Shown: positions 48,881-61,454 of the stretch, one piece after another
Numbering within the stretch: the first letter of the stretch is position 1
Layout of the letters: each line of letters opens with the position of its first letter
NCBI RefSeq assembly: GCF_048593235.1
Contig: NC_133617.1
Coordinates: forward strand, 69,710,937 to 69,774,936
Origin: Sminthopsis crassicaudata
Lineage: Eukaryota
DNA: 64,000 bases
Direction of reading: 5' to 3'
Position numbers and translations under genes: made by a program
Notes under the pieces: generated by a model
Told to the model about the DNA's origin: nothing
What the model saw: only the letters and a program-made list of their open reading frames with translations
The model's database searches: none

Positions 48881-49984
48881 CTGCAAATACCTGTGAAGAA
48901 TCTCCGATGCCCTCCCCTCTGCTTACAGGGAGACTACTCACCTTGGGCTGGGCAGGAGAGAACCAAGGCACAGGCTGGAGCCAGCGGTCAGAGGGTCAGG
49001 TGTTTCTAATGACTGGACAAAACGTGAATATCACCTTCATTCATTCATTCGTTCATTTGTTCATTCATTCATTGAGGAAAGAGTACTGGTCCCGAAGTCA
49101 GACACAAGTCCTGCTAGCGCAGGCCCTGACTGCTGATGATTACCAGCTCTGTGACCCCAGGCACAACATTTCACCATTCTGACCTCAGAGTCTGGTCATC
49201 TACTTGAAGGGAGAACCTCATTTTCTTCAACTTTAAAATAGGATCTAGAATATTTGCACTGTCTTTCTTCTAAAGGTAAACTTCAACCAGCTACTACATT
49301 ATGTGAAAGCTATTAACCTCCACTAAGATATTTCTCTCCCATGGGGTGAAGATGATGCTGAGTTCTTGTGGGATATCCCACCAGGTAGCAGCCACTGAAA
49401 GAGAAAGGCTTTGAGCACTCTCCCAGTGATGGACTCCTTATCTGATGCCTTGTAAGTATTTTGTCATTACCCCCTATATACCAGGATCTGTGCTAGGTGC
49501 TGGGAATACAAAAGCGATTTCTGGTTGGAGGAAAATGACATATATGCAGATAAGAAAGTACACAAGGTGAACACCAAGTAATTTGGGAGGATGGGTTACA
49601 AGAGTGGGTAATCAGAAAAGCCTGTGTATAGCAAGCAGCTGGTACTTGAGATGAATCTTGAAGAGAATGAAGGATCTTGAGAGGTGGAGGTAAGGAGGGA
49701 GAACATTCCAGGCATGGGTTGTGAGGGGTGGGCCACCTGTGAACAGTCATAGAGGTAGGAGATGAAATATCATGTATATGTAACTCTAAGTAGGATAGTT
49801 TGGAGAGTGTTGGTGAAAGAAAGAAATATAAAATAAGTCTGGGAAGAGTATACTGGTACCAGATCAGGGAGTGCTTTAAATATTTTACAGAAAAATCCAG
49901 TCTAGTTCATTTCAGCAGTGCTACACATGACCACAGAATGATGCATTTTTACATTCATAGCATTTCTTTAAAATTATACACTGA

Positions 49985-50500
49985 TACTATCAATATACCA
50001 ATAAATTAATAAACATTTATTAAGCACCTACTATATGCCAGATTTTGTGCTAAGTGATAGAAATATAAAAAGAGACAGTTCCTATCCACAAGGAGCTTAT
50101 AATCTAGTGGAAGAGACAATGTACAAATAAAAATATACAATACATATAGATAATAATTAATAGGGGGAAGGTATTAGAATTAAGATGGGCTGAGAAAGAC
50201 TTTAGAGAAAAGATGGAATTTTAGTTGGGACTTAAGGGAAGCCAGAGGGTATAATAGGCAAAGTTGAGAAGGGAAAGTTTTCCAAATACAGGGACAGCTG
50301 GAGTGAATGCCCAGAGCTGAGAGGTGTAGTGTCTTGTTCATGGAACAGCCAAGAGGCCAATGTCACTAGACCAAAAGTAAATCTAAGAAAACTGGAAAGG
50401 TAAGAGGGGGCTAGGTGATGAAGGGCTTTGAATGCCAAATAGAACATTTTATATTTGATCTTGGAGACCATAGGGAACCACTAGGGTTTATTATGTAGAC
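49985..50500 (-). mobile_element. L2 3' region
   Basis: aataaacatttattaagcacctactatatgccag...atgaagggctttgaatgccaaatagaacattttatatttgatcttggag. Confidence 0.85.
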
Positions 50501-50879
50501 ATGATCACAGAGAAACAGAAATAGGGATAGGGAGAAGTGGTAGGGAAGGGGAGGGGGAGAGGGAGAGGTCGAACTCTTTGAGACAAAGATACACATGAGA
50601 GTATTCCTATAACAGTTTTGATCTCCAAGGTGTGCTAAGAGAACATCTCCCTTGGGTGAGATCATTTCTCTTATAATTTGAAGTAAGATCTTATCTCCCT
50701 CCCAAATGAAGAGCTCATTTGCTCTTCTATATTCTCTTACATATTCAGAATTTCTTCAATTTCTGTTTGCTATTTTACTCAGATAATGGATTTACTCACT
50801 AATCTCTATATGTGATGATCTTTTATGTAACTGGCCCACTTGCAGTTCCTTAATTGATTGCCTACAACATTTTATCTCC

Positions 50880-51215
50880 TATCTTTATAACTTTACATTG
50901 GCTGTCCCTTATGTTCAAAATGTTATAGTCCCTCACCTCTGCTTCTTAGCCTCTCTGATTTGTTTTAAGACTAAGCTCAAATCTGATCTTCAGTAGGCTT
51001 TCTTGGTGCTTTTTGCTTCCAATGCCTGCCACTTTCAGAATGCCTTTATATACTCTGTATATATCTCACGTGTATCTATGTGTATTGTCTCCAACACTAT
51101 AATGTATGTTCTTTGAGAAAAAGAACTATATTTTGCTTTCTTTGTATTTCTAGTGCTTAGCACAATACTTGACACATAGTAAGTGCTTAATAAATGCTTA
51201 TTGATTAACTGAATG
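50880..51215 (+). mobile_element. L2 3' end
   Basis: Ends tttctagtgcttagcacaatacttgacacatagtaagtgcttaataaatgcttattgatt. Confidence 0.8.
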
Positions 51216-52563
51216 AGAGGTAGAACTAATGAATAAAATCTGAAGACTAACCTTTCCCATAAGAGTGATAAGGGAATGGGCTTTTGTTATGAATCTATCA
51301 TCCTCCTAGAGTTATTTAAGGAGTGTCAGATTCAATTCTAACCTGATACCCTCTTGGAGACTAAGGGGAAAATTTCTTTGCCCAAGTGGTCCAGGGCATT
51401 TCCTACCTCTCCACCCTCTCCTCTTCCTTTTTTTTTCTTTTCTTGTTTTAATAGTATTTTATTTTTCCCCAAATCCATGTTAAAGCAATTTTTTTCATTT
51501 TTGAATTGGAAATTTTATCCTTCCCTCCCTTTCCTTCCCATTCCCTTGCCCCCTTAGACCATATAGCTTATATAAAGATTACTGCCCTTCTCCTACTCTG
51601 AAAAGATGAGTCAACTCTCAGATCATATCTATTTATGCTATCATCAAACCATGTCTACCTACATATTTAAACAATCCACACACAGATGCATCTAATAGAA
51701 ATAAGACTGTAAAAGGAAAGTTGGACTGTGATGGAGCTACAATATTTGCCTATAGAGCTTCTGTGAATAAATGTTCATTAAAGCAATGGGGAACCACTGA
51801 AGATCTTTGAATTGAGAAGTAACATGGTCCCATCTGCACCTTAGGAAGATTACTCAAACAGTGGGTACTTGGGCACCCAAAAGGCAATGGAGAAGTGTAG
51901 AATACCATATGCTTACATACAATGAGTGATATGAGGTAGCTGTATCAAACTCTATGCCCTCCAGGGGAGGGAAGTCCAAACTAGATTAAAATGTAATTGG
52001 GAAATGCTTAACAAAATAAAAATAAAATTTTTTGTTTTCCATGTCAATATCCATGAGCAGGGATCTGTTCACATTTAGTCCCATCAACATAAGGGATATA
52101 TCCCTAAGGAAATATGAATATGGGAATACAGAATAACAGATGGACAGCATGAGTTTTACTCTGGTACCTTCAAAATGTTAAAAGGCCCAGAAGGCGGCCT
52201 CCATTACAGTGGGCCAATCCTCAGTAGGAAGAGGACCTAAAAGTGAATATAATTGGAAACAGGATGAGAAGGCAACAGTGGACTACAATCTTTATCATTG
52301 GGGGAAAACTCTGAAATTACAGATCCTGTGAATCAAAATATTCTGTCTTGAATTCTTGAATCCTCTACTCCTTTTGGCCTGGTCCTGTCTCTGTCCCCTG
52401 AACATTCCTTCCTTCCTATTTCTACCTCTATCTCCATTTATAACTGATCAAATATCCCTCTTTTAATGTCCACACTAAGTTCCATTTCTTCCAGGAAGCC
52501 TTGTCTGACCACAGCAGCCCCAAGTGAACATTACTTCCTCTGATAAGATATAATAATATTTGC

Positions 52564-52762
52564 TGTCTATACCACTAATTGGTCATTGAACTAATTATTT
52601 TTATTTACTAACCATACTACTAATTGGGCATCAAACTAATTATTCTTAATTTATTGTCTATACCACTAATTAGGCATTGAACTAATTATTTTTATTTATT
52701 GTCTCTGCCACTAATTGGGTGTTCCGCTAATTATTTTAAAATTTTGCTCTCTGTGCCACTAT
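52564..52762. repeat. 45-46 bp minisatellite, about 4.3 units, in an L2-like tail
   Basis: CTAATT anchors at 52575, 52620, 52666, 52711; unit about tgtctataccactaattgggcattgaactaattatttttatttat. Confidence 0.9.
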
Positions 52763-53599
52763 TTGAGCAGTAAACTAAAAAAAAATAAATTGACATGTGA
52801 GGGTCTTCTCTCTCCAACTAGATATAAGCTCCTTGAAGGTAGAACCGTCTTCTATTTTTATGGATCCCCTGCACCATCTATCTCAGAACTGTCATAGAAT
52901 ATAGATCCATGTAATATTTGGTGGATGATTTTATGACATTTTATGCCCTGGATCCCAAGTTAAAGCTTCAAAATCTTCATCTACATCTCTAACATCAACA
53001 ATGGGAGATCTGGTAGCAAGGTGGAGGAGGGGGGACTGCCATCTGTGTCAATTCTATTTTCATCTCCCCGTGTGCCTGTGAGACTTGTACTTCCTGTTGT
53101 GCCTCAGGTGAGAAGAGAACCTACCTTCTTCTGACCACATGTCTTCCATCTCCTGCTGTATGTATCCCCTGAGGGAAAGGAACAAAGGGTGACTTCCATC
53201 TGCACCAGGGCACAGCAATTTCCATCTTCTGCTTTGATTACCTGATCTCCTCCAGATGAAGAAGATCGACCTTCACTTCTGGTGGGCTAATCTTCCATCT
53301 TCAGGTGTACCTGTGCCCTGAAAAAAGAGGAAGCAGAAAGTTGGTGGGGTATCCAGCTCCTGCTGAGGGAGGTTCATTTTCCATCTCCTGTCACACTGCC
53401 TCCTGCTGCACCATCTTCTGTCTAATTTCCAGACTTCAGATAGAAGAGAAGTGAAATAGGAACTTCTATCTGACCGAACACCTTCCATCTGGGGCTTTGA
53501 ATTTCTTTTAACTGATCTCTAGCCTCTTTTGGGGAAAAGAGTAGCACCTTCCACTCCATGAATAAAATATTCTTCCTCTCAACATAATTCATAAAACAA

Positions 53600-54223
53600 T
53601 GTGTATTAAAAATAAATAAAAAATACTCTTCCTTCCTACACATCTCTGATTCTCATCTAAATCCCTGTAGGTTATCAAGGTCATCATCACTATTCCCTGA
53701 CACCTGATAACTTATTTCCAACCCTTTTAACCATTTTAATCCAAAATCCCAACCAAATGTAACCTATTCCTCTCATTGTACTCTCTGGAATACCTGCTCC
53801 ATAGGCAATAAACTTGTTTTCATTAAAAAATTTTTTTTCTCTTCCATTCTTTCCATTTTCTAGAAATTACTGGCACCTGACTCCTCACTGATGACAAAGC
53901 TTCCACAGCTACCCTTTCTAGTACTGTTTGGACTTTCACTCATTCCTCTAGGCTCACTGGTTGAGGTGGAAGGGAGTTGAAATACTCCTTTCTCCCTCTT
54001 GCCACATCTAGGTTCTCTCCTTACCTCCATCACTCAGGTAACCTTTTTTCCTTTGAGGCCCAATCAAAATTCTCTTGCTATTATTTGTAGGTCATTCTTC
54101 TTCCTCTTTCATTGAGTTCTGTACCTAATTCATCATTTTTCTCTCCTCCCCATGCCAGGAGACTTTGACATACATATTCTCTCTCAAACACTCTAACCAC
54201 TCAGTTCCTCAACCTACTCAACT

Positions 54224-54257
<34 letters not shown>

Positions 54258-57235
54258 CTTCCAAGAGAACTTTGTGAGATAGAGACCAACTCATATCACC
54301 CTTTGGGGCTTCATCTAGTGACCTCAGGGTTTGAAGTCTGTTCTTTGTCTCTATTAAAAGCTATCTATGGTCAGAGTTGTTTTTGCTTTTTGTTTATTCT
54401 TAAAGGTTGAGGTCTGCTTTTAGGGCAAAAGGGAGATTGTCCCAAGGTTCCTCTACAGGCAGCAGCAGCTTCATGCTGCCCTGAGACCAATGCTACGGAC
54501 TTCCTTCCTATACTGGGTGGGTGTGACCAAGTCACACCTTATTCTGGGGTTCACTGTTTGCCTTTTCAAGTTGTGTTGGATGTCTCATAGGTAGTCTGCT
54601 GTTCCACTAGCTTCTGAACCAGGACAGAGTAGCCAACACAGCTGTATTTTGGCTAAGAGCCTAATGGTAGATTCCCCCAGTGCACAGAATGCCACACCAC
54701 TCTGGGTCCCTGCACTTGTTCCTCACCTCATCCACCTCCCCCAGTGCTCAATTAAAACAAACCTTTTCTGAAGTTCTTCAAAAATATCTTCTGTGGAAAT
54801 TTGTTACACTCCAAATATTTATGTGTTCTGTCACTCCAAAACCAGTTCAGAAGCTTGATCTGGTGTTGATCTGAGGGAAGTCAAGAAGAGCTCAAGACCT
54901 GTCTACTCTCTACCATTTTGGCTCTGCCCCCTCTCAGCTCCTACAAGTTACTCTTTTACTCCACATCAGCTATAAACAATAATGGTGTACCCTGACTTTT
55001 TACCATTATTCACAAAGGTACCACTTCCAATTGAAGAATTCTGAAAACCTCTTCTCTGGCTATGGCTTTTCATCTCTCCTTTCCTTACTAAACCCTATTT
55101 TTCATTCATCTTGTGACCTCTAGTCTCTCAACCCCTCACTTCACTTCCAGACCCTACACTAGATACTCTGTCTTCTTTTCCCCATCTTGAACCTTTATCA
55201 ACCAGTTGAGTCCCTTGCCTCCTTATCATCTTATCAACTGCCAAGCCTCAGTCTTGAATAATCTCACTATCAGCCACTTTTACTTTTATATACCTAACAA
55301 AGGTGGAGAAAATCATGCAATATTCTGACTGGATCCACTACAATCTATGTTATACAACCTCAATTGGACCCTTACTGCTGCTAAGCAATCCTACTATCTA
55401 AGTCACTATCCCACTCTCCAGAGTGGCTCTTCCAAATCTTTACATCCCTCCTCAAATCTCCAATGCTTTCCATTCTTTGCTGAAATCCTTGACTCATATT
55501 TTACCAAAAAAAAAATTGAGATCATTCCATTAAGATCCTTATTTTCCTCTCCTCTTCATCTCTATGACTCAAATGCCTTCTGCCATTATCTGTTCTTTTG
55601 CCTCTGTCTCACACAAAGTGGCCCTACTTCTTAGCAAGGCAAAGCCTTCTACCTACACAAGCAATCCCATTCCATCACACCTTCTCTAACAAATTACTCC
55701 CCTCTCTCATCCCCACTGTTACTTATTTTCTACCTTTCCCTGTTTATTAGCTCCTTCTCTACTACTTTCTGACATGCCATGTAGCTCCCACCCTCAAAAA
55801 ATTCTCACCTGGTCCTTCCCTGATAGCTATCATCTCATCTTTTCTATCCTTGGTCACTACACCCTTTGAGAAGGCTATCTGCAATAAGTGACTCCACTTT
55901 CTCTTCTTTAATTTGTTTCTTAACCCCTTACAATCTTGATTTCTGACTCATCATTCCATTAACACTGTTCTCTCTGAAGTTACCAATGATTTCCTAATTG
56001 TCAAATGCAGTGCCTTTTCTCAATCCTCATTTTCCTAGATATCTTTATACCATTGAGTGCTCTCTTCCCCTTGATGCTCTCTTCTCTCTAGGTTTTTGGG
56101 ACACCACTTTCTCTTCATTGGTACTCTTCTTAACTATCTTCACCCAGGGTTATACTCTCTAGCTGTAGGTGTCCCACAAGGTTCTAATCTAGCCCTCTTC
56201 TCTTCTTCCTCTATGCTACTTCACTTGATGAACTCATCAGTTCCCATGGATTTAAATATCTTTTTGTTGATTCTCAAATCTCTCTAACCTGCCCTAATCT
56301 TTCTGCTGATCTCCAGTCATGCATCTACAACTGCCTTTCAGACATACTTAAATAGATTCCAGTAGACATTCAAAACTCAATATATCCAAAATGAACCTAT
56401 TCTTTTTCTCCTAAACCTTCCTCCCTTCTAAACTCCCCTATTACTGTAGAGGGCAACACCATCCTTCCAGTCCCCCAGATTCATAATCTAGGTGCCATCG
56501 TCAGCTCCTCACTATCTTTCACCTTTCATGTTCATTCTGTTGCCATGGGCTGATTTCATCTTTCCAACAGCTCTCAAATACAACCCCTCTCTCCTCTGAT
56601 ACTATCATTAACCAAGAGCAGGCCCTCATAACCTCACAATTGGACTAACTGCAATAGCTTACTAGCGGATCTACCTATCATGTCTTTCTCCACTCCAATC
56701 TATCCTCCATTGAACTGCCAAAGTGATTTTCCTAAAGTATAGGTCTGACCATGTCAACCCCCTATTCAACAAACTCCACTGGCTCTATATCACCTTCAAG
56801 GTAAAACATAAAATCTTCTGTTTGATGTGAAAACCTTTTTATAATCCAGCTTCTTCTACACATACACACCCTACTTTTCACCATGTAGTCTTTGATTCAT
56901 CACTTAGCTTCAGGCATTTTCTCGGACTTTCTCCCATGCCTGTAATGCTCTCTTTTCTCACATCTCCTGGCTTCCCTGATCTTCAAGTCTTAATTAAAAC
57001 TCCACATTCTAAAATGCATTTAACATCCCCTCTTAATTTAGGTATCTTCTCTTTGTTAACTGTTTCCTATTTATTCTACCTATAGCTTGTTTATACATAT
57101 TTTCTTTAGGTATTGACTAGATCTTAAGTTCTCTGAGGGCAGAAACTGTCTTTTACATCTTTTTGTATTTTCATTGTTTAGCACAGGGCCTGCCACATAC
57201 CAGGTACTTAAGATACTTATTGACTGACTGAGCTA
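53600..57235 (+). mobile_element. Near full-length L2 ORF2 (endonuclease to 3' end), degenerate
   Basis: HCTLWNTCSIGNKL at 53774 (APE-type WNARS motif), GVPQGS RT motif near 56170, terminus gcacagggcctgccacataccaggtacttaagatacttattgactgactga. Confidence 0.9.
54227..54932 (-). mobile_element. 5'-end-only L1 (5' UTR plus ORF1 start) with poly(A) tail
   Basis: Minus strand begins gggggcagagccaaaatggtagagagtag (L1 5' terminus, YY1-type motif); ends with ORF1-like DEAPKGDMSWSLSHKVLLEELK running into 28 A; flanked by ctca(a/g)ctcct. Confidence 0.8.
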
Positions 57236-57558
57236 CTAATCTTAACTGATCCAATTGAGTCTAGTACAATCAGATCTATCATGAAACAGGAGGAGGAATT
57301 ATATTCACAAGAGATACAGAGCACTGTTACACAGTATATGGGGGACTAGTCTAGTCCCACAACATAATTTGTCTCTCTCTGTGTGTCTCTGTCTCTGTCT
57401 CTCTCCTTCTCTTGTCTTTGTTTCTTTCCCTCTCTATCTCATACATGCAACATATAACACATAATTGACACAGTTTTGTGTGACTCTCAATTCAATTCAG
57501 CAGTTACGTAATTTTGTACAAGTTACTTTAAATGAAGAATCCAATAATTGGGGATGAA

Positions 57559-57562
<4 letters not shown>

Positions 57563-57644
<82 letters not shown>
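57563..57644. repeat. (CT)n microsatellite, about 40 units, one interruption
   Basis: Direct inspection. Confidence 0.95.
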
Positions 57645-58905
57645 TTTTGACAAGAACTGCTGGAAAAATTGAAAATAGTATGTGAAAAAAAAAAGGGAAA
57701 AAAAGATTTCAGTCAGTATCTTATGTCATATACCATAATAAATTCCAAAATTGTTACTCAACTTGAAATGGTCATTTTTTAAAATTTAGAGTAAAATAGA
57801 TACTGACATTTTTCACAATTCTGACAAAAGATATATTTTAAAATGTGTTATATTATTAATGGGGTTTGTTTTTATATCAAGTTTTTTCTGAATATAATCT
57901 ATTCCTACTCCCCTACCCCTCAAGTCATCCCTTCAATCAAAAATTTTTTTTAAAAAAGGGGAGAGGGGGGAAACTAAACAAAATATCTAAGATGTCTGAT
58001 AGTATATGCAATATTCTCCATGTTTTGTCCTATACCTCTGCAATAAAGGGAGAGAAAGATGTTTTCTTAGCTATTCTCCAGGGGAAACGTTTGGTCATTA
58101 TAATTATTGTTTTATCATTTACATTTTTGTTGAAATCATTGTATATATTATTTTTATGGTTCTTATTTCCCTCTGAATCACTTCATATAACTCTTCCCAA
58201 ACTTCTTTGAATTCTTCTTATTCATTTCTTATGGTATAATAATATTCTATTAGAGGGGGAAAATGTTTACCTAAACAGAGGATGGAGGAGAATACAAAAG
58301 ACAAAATGGTTACGTCCAATTAGATGAAATTGAAAAGCTTTTATAAGAATAGAAACTGCCAACTGGGAATTAAGTTTCTCTGATAAAGGTCTGATAATCC
58401 AAGATATATAGGGTAATCAACAACACAAGAGTCATTCTTCAGTGAAGTGGTTATAGGAAATTTGCACAGAAAATTGCAAGAATCAAATGAAAGATCTTTC
58501 CAAAACACACTTAGCAAATGGACAAGTGTCACAATTTAGAAACTGTCAAAATTGGAAGGGATATAGGAAGACACATACTAAAACTCTTTTGGTGGCACTG
58601 TGAATCAGTATAACTGTTCCAAAAAGCAATTTAAAACTTTGCTTTTTTAAAAAGTAAGATTAAAATGTCAATGCCTTTTAGCCAAGAAGATCTCATTACT
58701 ATATATGTACTATACACAATACAACATATACATGCAGATATACCCCAAGGAGGTCAAAGACAGGAAGATCTTAAATACACCAAAATATTATAACAACACT
58801 TTTTGTGAAAGAAAAGAAGTATAAACAAACTGTTCATTTATGGAAAAGCTAAACAAATTGTGATACATGAATATGATGGAATATTTCTGTAGTAGAAATT
58901 ATGAA
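57645..58905 (+). mobile_element. Old L1 ORF2 3' region containing an inverted L1 3' UTR piece (~57870-58250)
   Basis: gacaagaactgctggaaaaattg, tctgataaaggtctgataatccaagatatatag, aaacaaattgtgatacatgaatatgatggaatatt. Confidence 0.7.
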
Positions 58906-58910
58906 TATAT

Positions 58911-59071
58911 CAAGTGTGGCAGTGCAAGCCTTGTACTAGAGGAAGCTGAGACTGGTGGGTCCCTTGAGTTTGGGCGTTCTTAGATATAAATGATTAAAGC
59001 ATCTTCAGGAGAGGTACCAGCCACCAGCCTACCTAAGGAGAAGCTAACTAACCTAGTTCAGGAAAACAGCA
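58911..59071 (+). pseudogene. Partial degenerate 7SL retrocopy
   Basis: gaggaagctgagactggtgggtcccttgagtttgggcgttct and ccaccagcctacctaaggag...ggaaaacagca are colinear with roughly the first 215 nt of 7SL, with deletions. Confidence 0.75.
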
Positions 59072-59074
59072 TTT

Positions 59075-59610
59075 TTATCTGTGTACAAAAGTATATTGGT
59101 GAATATTGGAATTGGGAAAATACTCATCAATTAGGGAATATCTAAACAAGTTGTGGTATATGAATGTAATGGAATAGTATTATTCTATAAGAAATAGTGA
59201 GGAGGCAGATTTCAGAAAAACCTGGAAAGATTAACATAAACTGATATGGAATGAAGTGAACAGAGCTAGGAGAACGTTTTTCATAGTAACAATAAGATTA
59301 TGTGATGATCAACTGTGATAGACTTGTCTCTTTTTAACAATGAAGTGATTTTCAAGGCAATTCTAATAGACTTGTGATGGAAAATGCCATCAACATCCAG
59401 AGAAAGAACTATGAAGACTGCATGCAGATCGAAACACACTATTTTCATTTTTTTTCTTCATGGTTTTCCCTTTTGTTCTGATTTTTCTTTAACAAGATGA
59501 CTAATATGGAAATATGTTTTAAATGATTATACATGTATAATCTATATCAGATTTCTTGCTGTCTTTAGGAAGAAGAGAGAGAGGAAGGAAAATTTACCAT
59601 AAAAAAAAAG
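59075..59610 (+). mobile_element. L1 3' end
   Basis: catcaattagggaatatctaaacaagttgtggtatatgaatgtaatggaat...ctgtgatagacttg...A-rich end near 59600. Confidence 0.85.
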
Positions 59611-61454
59611 GTCAGATTAGAAACAGTGGGCAAATTTGGGTGCAAAATACTCCTAACAATTAGAGTTGTGTCAAAGTAAAATGGATTGACTAGAAAACAG
59701 TGAGATTTCCTCTTTCTGGAGCTCTTTAAGCAAAGACTAGATGGCCACTGGCTGGCAAAGAATAAGAATAAGCTCTTATTTAGGTTTGGACTGGATGAGA
59801 TGAGCTCTAAGGTTCTTTCTGATTAAGATTCCATGTGTTCAAATGCTCTCATGAAGCCCCTCCCAGCTTTAAGATCTATGGTTTGTATGGCAGACAGCCC
59901 AGGGTTAAGGGAATAACAACAAGATTGCCTTCTGCCTTTTTCCAGTTAATAGGCTGCCAACATTGAGACATCCACAAATGATACACTTTAAGGAAGCATG
60001 TCTCCATCTGATGCCAGGCCTGCCTCAGGAAGGTATCCTTAATTCTGGGTATCCCCATTTCAAAATGTCTATGGTATATTGGGCCAAAACTTGCTACCCT
60101 GACATTTTCATTTGCTGGTCCTACTTTTGCTTTTGGAGCTTAATTCATTTCACTGAGCACTTATTAGACACCAATAGCATCGTTGAGTCATAGATTTAGA
60201 TCTGAAATAGGACTCCAGAAGTCATCTAGTCCAGCTCTCTCATTTTCTAGCTGGTACACTGAGGTCTAGAAAGATGGACCATAACCAGATTCCACAGGCA
60301 GGAACTGTCATAGCTAGGTCCTCTGACTGCAGAACATGTCATCACCCTATGAGCAAGAGTTTGGGATGGGCAGTTGAGATATAAAGACAGAACTAAACTA
60401 GTCCTTTCCCTTTACCCACTTAGACCCAAATTTAATCCTTCTGTATGGTAGATGAACCCTTCAGATATCCAGAAGATAACTTTTTTTCTCTATTGCAGGC
60501 TAAACATCCCACATATCACCAAGTAATCCTAATATGGCAGAATTCCCCCACTATCCTAATCATTTTACTGGAGATAGGCCCAGTTCCATCTCCCTCTTAA
60601 AATAAGAGACCTCAAAATTGAGAAAATTCTCTAGATATGGTCCCATCCCTGGGGATGGCAATGGCACAAATCCTTCCCTTGATATGGTGCCTTTACTTGT
60701 GAAATTGAAAAAAATTCCATATAAACTGTATCCTGATAAATTCAGTCCAATTTTCCAATCTGTCCGATTAATAACAGTAATAATAGTGGCAAATGGCATT
60801 TACATAGTTCTTTAAGGTTTATAGAGTCTTGTATATATTATTTTATTTGATATATTATCTTCACCTTAAAGGTAAATATTATCCCCATTTAATAAAGAAC
60901 TTGATAAAGAAAAGATAAAAGGTTGGGTGATTTAGTTAAGGCCACACATCTAAAAAGTATCTAAAGATAAATTTAAACACATCTCTCTGACTCCAACTCT
61001 AGTGCTCTATCCATTATGGCATACTGTCTTCTAAGATTTTTTTGTATTTTTGTTAGCTATCCCTCCTAGCTTGCCACAAATGTCATAAACAGGTCATATT
61101 GGCTAAGTCATTTCATTTAATTTATAAACATTTTGGATAGGACAGGGTCAAGGAGAGAGGCTGAAGCCAAACATTTGCAAACTGATTTTACCTGTTTTCC
61201 TCATTTGATTATTTCAACAACCTTATGAGATAAGAACTAGCATCATACCCATTTTATAAGTAAGAGTCTGAGAGGTAAAGTGTTTTGTTCAGAGTCACCA
61301 CAGCCAGTAAGTGATTTAAACTCATGTCTCCCTGATTCCGAGTTCATCTGTGATACCTTGCTATCAAAAGACCGCCATCCAATATGATACTATACATTCA
61401 ATTATAGTATCATAAATTTAGAGCTGGAAAGAACCTTCAAGGCTATCCAGACCA

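Noticed and set aside
49035-49075. (TTCA)n run
   Set aside because: Ordinary L2/MIR-type tail microsatellite
52564-52762. CRISPR-like appearance of this repeat and the 69-bp repeat
   Set aside because: Contiguous tandem units without unique spacers, in eukaryotic DNA with no cas genes
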